Source of the DNA: Mycobacterium sp.
GTDB lineage: Bacteria; Actinomycetota; Actinomycetes; Mycobacteriales; Mycobacteriaceae
Direction of reading: 5' to 3'
DNA: 64,000 nt
NCBI RefSeq assembly: GCF_035506235.1
Contig: NZ_DATJPU010000216.1
Coordinates: 1,974 to 65,973, forward strand
Each line of letters opens with the position of its first letter. Position 1 is the first letter of the stretch. The notes beneath the pieces were generated by a model. It made no database searches. It worked only from the letters and a program-made list of their open reading frames with translations, and had not been told where the DNA came from. Of this stretch, positions 49,077-59,461 are shown piece by piece. The position numbers were made by a program, and so were the translations under genes.

Positions 49077-50707
49077 CAGCCGGCCGCCATGTGCGGGTAG
49101 GTGTGGTCGGTGGCCGGAACGAACGTCTCCTTGATCGTGCGGGCCGACGTCCAGCGCAGCAGATTCAGCGCCGAACCGGCCTTGTCGTTGGTGCCGGAAC
49201 CGCGCGAGCCGCCGAACGGCTGACGACCGACCACCGCGCCGGTCGGCTTGTCGTTGACGTAGAAATTCCCTGCGGCGAACCGCAGCCGGTCCTGGGCGGT
49301 CAGCACGGCCGCTCGGTCGTCGGCGACGACGGCGCCGGTCAGGGCGTAGCGTGACCCGGTGTCGATGACATCCAGGACTTGTTCGTACTGGTCGTCGGGG
49401 TAGACGTGCGCCGACAGGACCGGGCCGAAATATTCCGTCGCCAAGGACTCGTCGGTCGGATCGTCGGACAGCAGCACAGTGGGCCGCACGAAATAGCCGA
49501 CGCTGTCGTCGTATTCGCCGCCGACCGCGATCGTGACGCCGGGCGCGCCCTTCGCCCGCTCGATGGCGTCGACGTTCTTGAGGAAGGCCCGCCTGTCGAT
49601 CAGCGCGCCGCCGAAGTTGGTGAGGTCGGTGATGTCGCCGTAGCGCAGCGCGGCGGTCTCGCCCAGGAAGGTGTCGCCCATGCGCTGCCACACCGAGTGC
49701 GCGATGAACACCCGTGACGCGGCGGAGCACTTCTGGCCCTGGTAGTCGAAGGCCCCGCGAATCAGCGCCGTGCACAACACCTCCGGCCGCGCCGAGGCGT
49801 GCGCGACGACGAAGTCCTTGCCGCCGGTCTCGCCGACCAGGCGCGGGTAGCTGAGGTAGCGGCCGATATTGGCGCCCACCCGCTGCCACAGGTGCTGGAA
49901 GGTGGCGGTCGACCCGGTGAAGTGGATGCCGGCCAGCCGGGGATCATCCAGGGCCACATCGGAAACCGCGTAGCCGTCGCCGGTGAGCAGGTTGATCACG
50001 CCGGGCGGCAGGCCCGCCGCCTCGAGCAGTTGCATCGTCAGATATGCCGACAGGGTTTGGGTGATCGACGGCTTCCACACCACGGTGTTGCCCATCAGCG
50101 CGGGCGCGGTCGGCAGGTTGCCGGCGATCGAGGTGAAGTTGAACGGCGTGATCGCGTAGACGAAGCCGTCCAGCGGGCGGTAGTCGCTGCGGTTCCACTC
50201 GCCGGGTCCACTGATCGGCTGCTGCGCCAGGATCTGACGGGCGAACGCCACGTTGAACCGCCAGAAGTCGACCTGCTCGCACGGCGAGTCGATCTCGGCC
50301 TGATACGCGGACTTTGATTGCCCGAGCATCGTTGCGGCCGCGATCTTTTCGCGCCACGGCCCGGCCAGCAGGTCGGCGGCCCGCAGGAACACCGCGGCGC
50401 GCTCGTCGAAAGGCATTGCCGCCCAGTCTTTCTTCGCGGCCATCGCCGCGTCGATCGCCGCCGTCGCGTCGGCGTGCGTGGCGTTGGTAAGGGTGCCCAG
50501 CTTCGCGGCATGCCGGTGCGGCTGGACGACGTCGACCCGATCACCCGCACCCATCCGGTGCTCGCCGCCGATGACGTGCGGGAGGTCGACCGCGTGGTCG
50601 GCCAGGGCGCTCAACTCGGCGAGCAGGCGAGCGCGTTCGGGGGATTGCGGCGCATAGTCGTGGACCGGCTCGTTAGCCGGGACCGGTACCTGGGTGATCG
50701 CGTCCAT
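49076..50707 (-). CDS. pruA: 1-pyrroline-5-carboxylate dehydrogenase
   Basis: PFNFTSI, GETGGKD, YQGQKCSA, GSGTNDK; start ATG 50707. Confidence 0.95.
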   Translation of the reverse strand: MDAITQVPVPANEPVHDYAPQSPERARLLAELSALADHAVDLPHVIGGEHRMGAGDRVDVVQPHRHAAKLGTLTNATHADATAAIDAAMAAKKDWAAMPFDERAAVFLRAADLLAGPWREKIAAATMLGQSKSAYQAEIDSPCEQVDFWRFNVAFARQILAQQPISGPGEWNRSDYRPLDGFVYAITPFNFTSIAGNLPTAPALMGNTVVWKPSITQTLSAYLTMQLLEAAGLPPGVINLLTGDGYAVSDVALDDPRLAGIHFTGSTATFQHLWQRVGANIGRYLSYPRLVGETGGKDFVVAHASARPEVLCTALIRGAFDYQGQKCSAASRVFIAHSVWQRMGDTFLGETAALRYGDITDLTNFGGALIDRRAFLKNVDAIERAKGAPGVTIAVGGEYDDSVGYFVRPTVLLSDDPTDESLATEYFGPVLSAHVYPDDQYEQVLDVIDTGSRYALTGAVVADDRAAVLTAQDRLRFAAGNFYVNDKPTGAVVGRQPFGGSRGSGTNDKAGSALNLLRWTSARTIKETFVPATDHTYPHMAAG

Positions 50708-50791
50708 GCTGCCGATGATCCCCGGCGCGGACCCTGATCTTGTTGGCCGATTGGACAAGGTTGGGGGTTCTGGCTAGTAGAATCGGACAAC

Positions 50792-52369
50792 ATGCGAGTG
50801 GCGGGTATCGGTCTGGGTCAGATGTTGCTCGCGCTGGACGCAACGCTGGTCAGCCTGGTCGACGCCCCGCGCGGCCTGGACCTTCCGGTGGCGTCGGCGG
50901 CGCTGATCGATTCCGACGACGTGCGGCTGGGCCTTGCCGCGCCGGCGGGTTTGGCCGACGTCTTCTTCCTGCTGGGCGTGACCGAGGACGAAGCGCTGCG
51001 ATGGCTCGACGGACGGACGTGCGCACCGGCGGCGATCTTCGTCAAGGGGCCGTCGGATGCCCTGGTGGCGGCGGCGGTCGCGGCCGGGTCGGCGGTGGTG
51101 GCGGTGGAGCCGAGGGCCCGTTGGGAGCGGCTCTATCAGTTGGTCAATCACGTGCTGGAACATCACCGGGACCGCGGCGACCCGGTCGATGACTCGGGCA
51201 CCGACCTGTTCGGCCTGGCGCAGTCGCTGGCCGACCGCATCCACGGCATGGTCAGCATCGAAAACGCCCAGTCGCACGTGCTCGCCTATTCGGCTTCCAA
51301 CGACGAGGCCGACGAGTTGCGCCGCCTTTCCATCCTGGGGCGCGCCGGGCCGCCCGAGCATCTGGAGTGGATCGGCCAGTGGGGCATCTTCGACGCGCTG
51401 CGCTCCAGCGGCGAGGTGGTGCGTGTCGCCGAGCGCCCGGAATTGGGTCTGCGCCCGCGGCTGGCCATCGGCATCCGCCAGCCCCCGGCCGGTGCGCGCC
51501 GACCGCCGGTGTTCGCCGGCGCCATTTGGGTGCAGCAAGGCTCGCAGACCCTGGCCGACGACGCCGAGGACATGCTGCGGGGCGCGGCCGTCCTGGCCGC
51601 GCGAATCATGGTGCGGCTGGCCGCCCGGCCGTCCACGCATGCGCGGCGCATGCAGCAACTTCTCGGGCTCACGGACGAACCCGCTGACGCGGCTGCCGTC
51701 GCCCACGAACTCGGCCTGCCCGCCGACGGCGCCGCCGCGCTGATCGGTTGGGACACCATCGGGACTGCGCATCCGCGCCTCGCCGACGTCCTGGCGTTGA
51801 GCGCCAGCGCTTTTCGCCGCGACGCCCAGGTCGCGTCGCATGCATCCCGGATCTACGTGCTGCTGCCACAGACGCAGACGCGGTCGGTCAGCTCATGGGC
51901 GCGCGGCACGATCGGCTCCCTGCGCGCCGAACTCGGCGTCGAGCTGCGGGCCGCCATCGCCGCGCCGGTCGCCGGTCTGGCGGAAGTCGCGGCGGCGCGC
52001 TCGGAGGTCGACCGCGTCCTTGACAGCGCTGAGCGACACCCGGTTTTAGGCCAGGTGACCACGCTGGCCGAAGCCCGCACCACCGTCCTGCTCGACGAGA
52101 TCGTCACCCTGGTCGGCGCGGACCAGCGGCTGGTCGATCCGCGGATACGCGACCTGCGCGCCCAAGATCCGGTGCTGGTCGAGACGCTGCGGGCCTACCT
52201 GGACAGCTTCGGCGACATCGGCGCCGCCGCCCGGGTGCTGCAGGTGCATCCCAACACCGTTCGGTACCGGGTGCGACGGATCGAGAAGCTGTTGTCGACG
52301 TCGCTGTCGGATCCCGAGGTGCGGCTGCTGTTTTCGCTGGGATTGCGGGTGACCGAGCGCTCGGCTTGA
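50792..52369 (+). CDS. pruC: PucR-family regulator of proline utilisation
   Basis: C-terminal HTH LQVHPNTVRYRVRR; divergent from pruAB; TAGAAT -10 box just upstream. Confidence 0.92.
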   Translation: MRVAGIGLGQMLLALDATLVSLVDAPRGLDLPVASAALIDSDDVRLGLAAPAGLADVFFLLGVTEDEALRWLDGRTCAPAAIFVKGPSDALVAAAVAAGSAVVAVEPRARWERLYQLVNHVLEHHRDRGDPVDDSGTDLFGLAQSLADRIHGMVSIENAQSHVLAYSASNDEADELRRLSILGRAGPPEHLEWIGQWGIFDALRSSGEVVRVAERPELGLRPRLAIGIRQPPAGARRPPVFAGAIWVQQGSQTLADDAEDMLRGAAVLAARIMVRLAARPSTHARRMQQLLGLTDEPADAAAVAHELGLPADGAAALIGWDTIGTAHPRLADVLALSASAFRRDAQVASHASRIYVLLPQTQTRSVSSWARGTIGSLRAELGVELRAAIAAPVAGLAEVAAARSEVDRVLDSAERHPVLGQVTTLAEARTTVLLDEIVTLVGADQRLVDPRIRDLRAQDPVLVETLRAYLDSFGDIGAAARVLQVHPNTVRYRVRRIEKLLSTSLSDPEVRLLFSLGLRVTERSA

Positions 52370-52384
52370 CCAAGGGGCCTGTTG

Positions 52385-52894
52385 TCATCGAATCGGGCGG
52401 CCACCACCGACTTCCGCTGCAGCGCTCTGGATCGCCGCGACCCGATCGCGATCGATACCCCAGGGCTCGTCAACGCCGACGCGTTGGTCGAGATCCCATA
52501 GGACACAGTGCTCGCCCGGTGTTGCGACGAGCGACCATGCGAGAACCGTTCTGCGCAAATGCTCATCGGCTGAATCGAACGCGCCACGAACGTCGTCCGG
52601 TGCGCCGCCCTCCGGGTAGTGATGCAGAAACTCCCCATACGCCTGCCTGCAGAACTTCGCATACTGGACCGTGCACAGGATCAGGCCGTGCCACGCCTCA
52701 TCGACTGCACGCGAAGGCATCCCGATCACCCGATGGTCCCGCAGCGCGGGCGCGCAGCAGCGCAGCCATTGCCGCAACCCGCTGTCGACAAGCGGTCTCG
52801 GCTGCCACGGAGAGGTTTTGAACACCGCCGCGGGAAGCTCCAGCCGCGCGACCGCGGAGTTCGCCCGATCGAACCGACCGCCGCGCCAACGCAT
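52385..52894 (-). CDS. Stand-alone glycine-rich-domain protein (GRDP/DUF1399)-like protein, 169 aa
   Basis: MPSRAVDEAWHGLILCTVQYAKFCRQAYGEFLHHYP matches the PSxxVDxxWHxxILxTxxYxxFC...FxHHxP signature; ATG 10 nt after upstream stop. The longer ORF-track start only reads through the neighbour's Gly tail. Confidence 0.75.
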   Translation of the reverse strand: MRWRGGRFDRANSAVARLELPAAVFKTSPWQPRPLVDSGLRQWLRCCAPALRDHRVIGMPSRAVDEAWHGLILCTVQYAKFCRQAYGEFLHHYPEGGAPDDVRGAFDSADEHLRRTVLAWSLVATPGEHCVLWDLDQRVGVDEPWGIDRDRVAAIQSAAAEVGGGRPIR

Positions 52895-52904
52895 TTTCGG
52901 TATG

Positions 52905-53744
52905 TCAATGCCCCCCGCCACCACAGCCGCCTCCGCCGCAGCCGGATCCTCCGCCGCAACCGCCGTGACCGCCGCCGCAGCCGCTGTGCCCGCCGCTGCA
53001 CCCGGAACCGCCGCCCCCGTCGCCGCCCCCGCCCGTCGCCCAATAGCGATGACGGCGTCTGTTGCGGGTTTGCAGATGTCGAACCACATAGGCGACAGCC
53101 ATCACCACGGGTATGACGAAAAACGCAATGCCCATCCAGTCCGGCGCGGGGCCGTCCAGTCGAACGAAGTGGCCCAGAAAACGCAGCCCGGCTCCGCCGC
53201 CGGCGAGGAGGACGAATAAGAGTAAATACCAAACCCAAAAGCTACTGAATACAGAGCTGACGACGTCAGAAATCCTGCGGCCCGAGCCCTGGGGACCCGC
53301 GGCATGCGTCGTGGGAACCCGGCCGATGGGCAGCTGCGGAGCCGCGCCCGTTCTGAGTTGTTGCTCAACGAGATCGAGAAACGCATCGACCTCGTCTTCG
53401 TTGTACCCGCGTCTTCCGATCGGTGGCCTCGCGAATGACACGTCGTGCACGTGCTCTGACATCAGAGCGTGTCCCGTGGGGTCTACCAGCGCCGACTCGA
53501 TGAGGTCCAGAAACGCGTCGACCTCGTCTTGGTTGTAGCCGGACTTTCCGATGGGTGGCTTGGAGAAAGCCACGCTGCGAACCTGTTCTGCACTAAGGCA
53601 ATCGCCCGTCGGTGACGCAAATCTGTTGACCTTCCATTTTTGTCGCCCGGCCGCGCCGTGGGTGGCGGTCAGGCGCTTTTGCTCGGCCAGCTGGCTTTCC
53701 AGCTCGGCGATGCGTTTCTCGGGGTCGTCCTGGTTGATCTCCAT
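52905..53744 (-). CDS. Tandem DivIVA-domain, two-TM protein with Gly/Cys/His-rich C-terminal tail
   Basis: AGGAAA RBS, ATG 53744; coiled coil [13 protein letters not shown]; two [21 protein letters not shown] repeats; two TM helices; tail [35 protein letters not shown]. Confidence 0.82.
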   Translation of the reverse strand: MEINQDDPEKRIAELESQLAEQKRLTATHGAAGRQKWKVNRFASPTGDCLSAEQVRSVAFSKPPIGKSGYNQDEVDAFLDLIESALVDPTGHALMSEHVHDVSFARPPIGRRGYNEDEVDAFLDLVEQQLRTGAAPQLPIGRVPTTHAAGPQGSGRRISDVVSSVFSSFWVWYLLLFVLLAGGGAGLRFLGHFVRLDGPAPDWMGIAFFVIPVVMAVAYVVRHLQTRNRRRHRYWATGGGGDGGGGSGCSGGHSGCGGGHGGCGGGSGCGGGGCGGGGH

Positions 53745-54064
53745 GGCGTTTCCTGTCGCTGCGGTCAGGCGAGAGATTACTGCGGGGCATTTGCGAAATT
53801 CTTGCGTCACTCTCGCGTCAACCCGGTTGGTACAAGCGCCGGCCAGACGCCAATTCCCCGATCCGAGCGGAGCAAGTACACGTCACTTAGGGGGCCTGCC
53901 CTTGGGTAATTGCCATCTCCGTGCCAGGTCACCGCGCCGAAAAGCAAGAAGCGGGCGCGGCGACGCCGACACCCAGTGCCGAGGTGGTGTTCATGTGGCG
54001 CTCCACTTGTCTGACCTCGGTGACAATCATGACGGGCTCCGGCCGACGGCGGAAGGGCGAAAGC

Positions 54065-54212
54065 GCCAATCACATGCTTGAACATCACGGGGCCGCGACG
54101 ACCCGGTTGATGCCTCGGGCAGCGGCTTGTCCGGCCTGGCGCGGTCTGCGGCCGCGGTCCACAGATAACAGAACGTATTGGCGCTGAGCCCCAGCGCTTT
54201 CCGCCGCGACGC
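54065..54212 (+). pseudogene. Decayed, internally deleted second copy of pruC
   Basis: 54065-54162 aligns to pruC 51143-51244 (NHMLEHH.. vs NHVLEHH..); 54172-54212 matches pruC 51785-51825 at 35/41 nt ([14 protein letters not shown] vs DVLALSASAFRRDA). Confidence 0.75.
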
Positions 54213-54283
54213 GGCACTTATCCACAGTTGGGACTTGGTCCACAGACTCCGTTGTCGTGGCGTGCCTGCGTCGGGGGCCGCAT

Positions 54284-54304
54284 TAGAATCGAAAGCATGT
54301 TCGA
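54284..54304 (+). promoter_or_regulatory. -10 box plus LexA (SOS) box over the start of the 13E12/HNH gene
   Basis: TAGAAT (54284)-N7-ATG; TCGAAA-GCAT-GTTCGA (54289-54304), one mismatch to TCGAAC-N4-GTTCGA. Confidence 0.75.
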
Positions 54305-55826
54305 ACTGCCGGATGCCGAGGCGCTGCGCGCGGCCGACGACGCGGCGGTGGTGGCCGCGATCACGGAGGGCGCCCGCGCCGAGGCCGCCGCCGCCGCGCG
54401 GCGGCTGGCGGCCATCGCCGAGTTGGTGCGTCGCCGCGCCGACGGGCCGGTCGACCGCGCGTACTGGTCGTGCGACAACTGGGACGCGATGGCCGCCGAA
54501 GTCGCTGCGGCACAGGGCGTCAGCCACGCCATGGCCTCGGGGCAGATGTATCTCGCGGTGGCCCTGCGCGACCGCCTGCCCAAGGTGGCGGCCTTGTTCG
54601 CCGAGGGCACGATCAGCGCGCGGCTGGTCTCGGGGATCGTGTGGCACACGGACCTGATCAAGGACTCCGAGGCGCTGCGGTTGGTCGACGAGACGCTGGC
54701 CCGGGACGCCAGGCACTTCGGGCCGCTGTCATTGGGCAAGACCGCCCAGGCCATCGACGCGGTCGTCGACCGCCACGACCCCGCGGCCCTGCGCCGCAGC
54801 CGCGCCGGCGCGCGCGGGCGCCACGTGACGATCAGCCCCGACGAGCACGACTCGGGCACCGCGGCCCTATGGGGTTCGTTGTACGCGACGGACGCCGCCG
54901 CCCTCGATCGCCGATTGACCGAGATGGCCCAGCAGCTATGCGACGGCGACCCGCGAACGCTCGATCAGCGCCGCGCCGACGCGCTGGGGGCCTTGGCCGC
55001 CGGCGGCGAACACCTCGCGTGTGGCTGCGGCAAGGCCGAGTGCCGGGCCGGCAGCGACTCTCGAGCCGCCGCCGTGGTGGTCCACGTCGTCACCGACGCA
55101 GCTGCCCTCGATGCCCAGCCCGACCCGCACAACTCGGGCGAACGCAAGTCGCGGCCCATCACACCGGACATGACCCTGGACGAGGCGCTGGCCCCCGACC
55201 CCGAACCCGACATCCCGGCGGTGCGGTTGCCCGCGGCCCACCTCACCGGCGGCGGCACCATTCCCGCCTCGATGGTGGCCGAGCTGATCCGCAACGGCGC
55301 CAAAGTCCAACCACTGCACCACCCCGCCGATTCGCCACCCGAGCCGGGTTATCGCCCCTCGGCCCGGCTCGAGCGATTCATCCGCTGCCGCGACATGACG
55401 TGCCGATTTCCCGGCTGTGATCGACCCGCCGAGTTCGCCGACATCGACCACACCATCCCGTACCCGATCGGCCCGACCCACGCCTCGAACCTCAAATGTC
55501 TATGCCGAAAACACCACCTGCTAAAGACTTTCTGGCCGGCATGGCGCGACGAGCAACTGCCGGATGGCACCATCGTGTGGACCTCACCGAGCGGGCACAA
55601 GTACATCACCCGTCCGGGCAGTCGGCTGCTGTTTCCGGCGCTGTGCCTACCCACCGGCGAACTGCTCAGTGTTCCAAAGGATTACGGCGCACCTTCCGGC
55701 GATCGCGGCCTGATGATGCCCACGAGGCGACTAACCCGGCAACAAGACCGCGCCCATCGCATCGACGCTGAACGCGCGCTCAACGCCGACCGCGTCGCCG
55801 AACGCAATCAACCGCCGCCATTTTGA
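54297..55826 (+). mobile_element. 13E12-repeat family DUF222 + HNH endonuclease protein
   Basis: [68 protein letters not shown]. Confidence 0.9.
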
Positions 55827-56374
55827 GACAGTGACGCCACTTCGCCGTCGCGATTTCCTGCCGCAACAGCTTCCGGTGCCTCGAAGCCCGCGCGCTACGA
55901 GCCGCTGGTCACGGTGTGCCTGAACACATGAAAGGAAACCCCTCCGGTGGCGGCGGATCAGTTCCCTCCCAGACGCCGGGCGAAACGTTCCCGTCCCCCA
56001 GACAACGCCGTACCGCTTGCGAGATGCTCGCGTTTGCTCGACCCGACCCGGGCTGCAAAGCCGTGAAGCCAACTCGGGCCGGATGGCCATCAGCAACGCC
56101 GTTGTCGGTGTTTTGAAAGCCCACAAAGTCGCGGCATACGTTTATACATCGTCTGAAAACAAGGCCGGATCTGGCACGCCGGAATGATTTGCGCCGAAGG
56201 CACTGCCTACGAGTACGACAAGTGCGGAAAAAACCCTTCAACAGGCATGATTTTGCGAAGGCCTGTCCGATTAACGCGGTACAAACATTTTGCTCCGAAG
56301 ATGATAATTTTACTCGAACCATGCGCGGACTCAGTAGCCTCTGCGAAAACACCTGGTCATGGAGGTTTGGCGTC

Positions 56375-59017
56375 GTGCAAACGGAGAGCGCGTCGGAGTG
56401 GCCGATAGTAGCCCGCGACGACGAGCTGCGCCGAGCCTTGGCGGCGCTCGCGGATGACGCGGATTTTTGTGGCGTCGCGTTGGTTGGCGACAGCGGGGTG
56501 GGTAAATCGACGCTGGCTCGTTCGCTTGCCGACACACTCGAGTCGGGCGGGGCGACGGTGCGGTATGTGCTGGGCACCCAAACCGGCTCCACGGTGCCGT
56601 TGGGCGCGTTCTATCGATCGTTGACCGTGGAGGCGCCGCAGGAACCGGCCGCCATGCTCGCGGCCGCGATAGGAACCCTGGAGCGAGAGGAGAACCTCGT
56701 CGTCGTCGTCGACGACGCGCAGCTGCTCGATCCGTTGTCGTCGACGCTGGTGCAACAACTCGCGGCCGGCGGCGGTGCGCGATTGATCGTGACGATCCGG
56801 TCCGGCGAGCCGGTACCCGACGCAGTAACCACGCTTTTGAAGGAGCGGTTGTTGCTGGGTCTCCATATCGATGCGTTCACGCCGCAGCAGACCGAGGCGC
56901 TGGCCCGCGCAGTACTCGGCGGCGTCGTCGACACCGGGCTGATCACCGCATTGCACGGCCGGGCGGCGGGCAACCCGCTGCTACTGCGCAGCCTGCTGGG
57001 CGCGGGTCGCGAAAGTGGCGTGCTGGTGTGCACGCGCGCGGGCTGGCAACTCCACGGCGCGCTGCGTGCCGACCGCGAACTCTACGCTCTGCTCGAGTTT
57101 CGACTGCAATCCTTCGCACCGGAGGAGTTGGAGGCCGTAGAAATCCTGGCGGCCGCAGAGGTGCTCGACTGGGAGATCCTGCGTGAGCTCTGCGATCCCG
57201 ACGTGGTGAGCCGCCTAGAGCGACGGGGACTAATCCAGGTGGTCGCCGACGGCTTCCACACCGTGGCGCGGTTGGGTCATCCCGTCTTGGGTGAGGTGGC
57301 GATGCAACGAGCCGGAGTGGTGCGGACGCGGCAGCTCACTACCCAACTGGCACAACAACTTCAGAAGCAGATGCAGACGCAGGAGGAGCGGTCGGGGTCG
57401 CCCGACGTGCGCACCCGGATACGGTTGGCGCAACTCATGACGCGAAGCGACATGCCGCCGGACCTCGACGTGATCGTCGGCGCCGCGGCGAGCGCGGTGA
57501 CCATGTCGGACATCGCGTGCGGAGAGGACTTGGCCCGATTCGCGTTCGAGCGCGGCGGTGGCCTGCCGGCCGCGCTCGTGCTTGCCGAGGCGATCGGCTG
57601 GCAGGGAAGAGGCGCCGAGGTCGAGGCGATGCTCAATGACGTCGATCCCGACGGTGCCGATGAGCGGCTGGTCGTCCAGTGGGGTTGTCTGCGTGCCGCG
57701 AACCTCTTCTTCAGCTGCAGGCAGGTGGAGCCGGCAGGGCTGGCACTCGCTGAAGTGCGGGCGCGCGTCGGTTCTGACGCACTGCTCCCGCTCGTGAGGG
57801 CCATGGAAGCGGCGTTCGCATGCTTTTCCGGTGACGTCCGAACGGCACTCGACCTCGGGTTGGAAGTCTGCAAATCCAGTGTGCCACCGGCGATCAGGAC
57901 GTGGGCTGCCACCTGGACGTGTTGGGCGTTGGCCCTCACCGGCCAGTTCCACGAAGTCCGGCGCGTAGCGGATGCCGGGCGGGCAGCCGTGCTCGATCAA
58001 TCCGGGCCGTGCCGGTTTGCCATGGGCTTGGCCGAGGTCGTGGCGTTGACGTCCGCCGGCGATGACCTGGCGGCCGAGCGGGTGCGCGAGCGCTACGCTT
58101 CCACGACGAGGGTGTGGCCCGCTGCAGACGCCTTCGTGCACGCCATGCTCGGATCGGTGCAGCTTGCCCGGGGCGGGTTGACGCTCGCGTGTTCTGCCTT
58201 TCAGGATTCGATATCGACCATGGCGCGTGGTTTTCCGCCGGGCTGGTTGATGCTGATATCAGCCTGGTCCGCGCAGGCCCAAGGCGCTCGGGGAGACAGC
58301 GCGGCCGCCGCCGCCGCGCTGTGCAGGGCCGACGACGCTTACGGACCGCACGTCGCAGTGTTCCTGCCCGAACTCGAGCTGGCCCGGGCCTGGGAGCGAG
58401 CCTCCGCCGGCCAGACGACGACCGCGCAAGCACACGCGGTCCGCGCCGCGCAGATCGCGCGCCAACGCGGGATGTGGGCCGTCGAGATGCGCGCCCTGCA
58501 CACCGCCGTGCGGTTCGATGACCGCTCCCAAGCCGGGCGGCTGGCGCAGCTGGCGACGACACTCAACACCCCGCTGGCAGACGCGATCGCCCAGCACGCC
58601 CGCGGCCTGGCCGACCACGACGGCGATCTTCTGGACGCCGCCGCCGACCGATTCGCTGACATGGGCGCGATGGCGCTCGCCGCCGACGCGGCGGCCCACG
58701 CCGCCCGCGAACACGCCAGCACCCGCCAGCGTGGCAAGGAGATATCGTCGTCGACCCACGCGCACAGGTTGGCTAAGCAGGGCGGAATACGAACGCCGGC
58801 GGTCGATGCAGCGGCCTCGCCGTTGCCCATCACGGCTCGTGAACGCGAGATCGCGAACTTGGTCACGGCCGGCTTGTCCAACCGGCAGATCGCCCAAAGG
58901 CTGGTCGTCTCGGTGCGGACGGTGGAGGGACACGTTTATCGCATCTTCGGCAAGCTCGGCATCGATGACCGCGAACAGCTGGTCCAGCTGATACGTCTCG
59001 CCTGCCACGAGAATTAA
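56375..59017 (+). CDS. Large ATP-binding LuxR-family (LAL/STAND) regulator
   Basis: GGAGG RBS before GTG 56375; GDSGVGKST, VVVDDAQLLD, GNPL, C-terminal ITAREREIANLVTAGLSNRQIA..SVRTVEGH. Confidence 0.92.
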   Translation: MQTESASEWPIVARDDELRRALAALADDADFCGVALVGDSGVGKSTLARSLADTLESGGATVRYVLGTQTGSTVPLGAFYRSLTVEAPQEPAAMLAAAIGTLEREENLVVVVDDAQLLDPLSSTLVQQLAAGGGARLIVTIRSGEPVPDAVTTLLKERLLLGLHIDAFTPQQTEALARAVLGGVVDTGLITALHGRAAGNPLLLRSLLGAGRESGVLVCTRAGWQLHGALRADRELYALLEFRLQSFAPEELEAVEILAAAEVLDWEILRELCDPDVVSRLERRGLIQVVADGFHTVARLGHPVLGEVAMQRAGVVRTRQLTTQLAQQLQKQMQTQEERSGSPDVRTRIRLAQLMTRSDMPPDLDVIVGAAASAVTMSDIACGEDLARFAFERGGGLPAALVLAEAIGWQGRGAEVEAMLNDVDPDGADERLVVQWGCLRAANLFFSCRQVEPAGLALAEVRARVGSDALLPLVRAMEAAFACFSGDVRTALDLGLEVCKSSVPPAIRTWAATWTCWALALTGQFHEVRRVADAGRAAVLDQSGPCRFAMGLAEVVALTSAGDDLAAERVRERYASTTRVWPAADAFVHAMLGSVQLARGGLTLACSAFQDSISTMARGFPPGWLMLISAWSAQAQGARGDSAAAAAALCRADDAYGPHVAVFLPELELARAWERASAGQTTTAQAHAVRAAQIARQRGMWAVEMRALHTAVRFDDRSQAGRLAQLATTLNTPLADAIAQHARGLADHDGDLLDAAADRFADMGAMALAADAAAHAAREHASTRQRGKEISSSTHAHRLAKQGGIRTPAVDAAASPLPITAREREIANLVTAGLSNRQIAQRLVVSVRTVEGHVYRIFGKLGIDDREQLVQLIRLACHEN

Positions 59018-59072
59018 ACAGGGCAACAAGTATTCGCTTGCACGCCTATCCGGGCGCCGCGGCGGGTTCTCG

Positions 59073-59390
59073 TTAGCGTTGATCGCGTCGCGTTGCCGCC
59101 ATGCGTTTTCGCTGTCGGTGTATCGCGGCCCGGCCGTGTTGTTCGAGCTCTTGGATGTGTTGATCGCAGCCGCACAGTTGGTCACCCGTTTGGTAGGTAG
59201 CTTCTGTCGCGCGGCCGGCTTCGATGCACATGACGCAGAGCGGGACGATGGAACCGTGATCGAGCCGTGTGCTCGTGATCAGGCCGGCTGGGACATCGCA
59301 GGACGGCACGCTGTGACGAACCCTTCGCCTGCTGTAGGGCACAAGTCGCAACATTGGGCGAAGGCGCTCAATGGTGAGGGTGTTCATCAT
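59073..59390 (-). CDS. Putative small Cys/His (Zn-finger-like) protein; start uncertain
   Basis: PLCVMCIEAGRATEATYQTGDQLCGCDQH; GC-rich third positions over the C-terminal two-thirds. Confidence 0.45.
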   Translation of the reverse strand: MMNTLTIERLRPMLRLVPYSRRRVRHSVPSCDVPAGLITSTRLDHGSIVPLCVMCIEAGRATEATYQTGDQLCGCDQHIQELEQHGRAAIHRQRKRMAATRRDQR

Positions 59391-59461
59391 GCCGCCTCGA
59401 CTGTTGATCTCGCCGCTCCACCGGTCCTAACCATCGTCTCAGCGAGTCCCCGGGCGGACAT

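Noticed and set aside
52895-53089. Ala-rich N-terminal extension of ORF 52385..53089
   Set aside because: It is the alternate-frame reading of the neighbour's Gly/Cys tail; the ATG at 52894 is the plausible start.
54269-54289. PafBC/RecA-NDp promoter (TGTCGG-N10-TANNNT)
   Set aside because: Best match is CGTCGG with a 9-nt spacer, wrong at both the first base and the spacing.
55827-56374. ORFs 55916..56116, 55731..56126, 55909..56592 and possible further pruC remnants
   Set aside because: No motifs or codon bias; short matches to pruC (e.g. GAAGCCCGC) are too weak to claim without an alignment.
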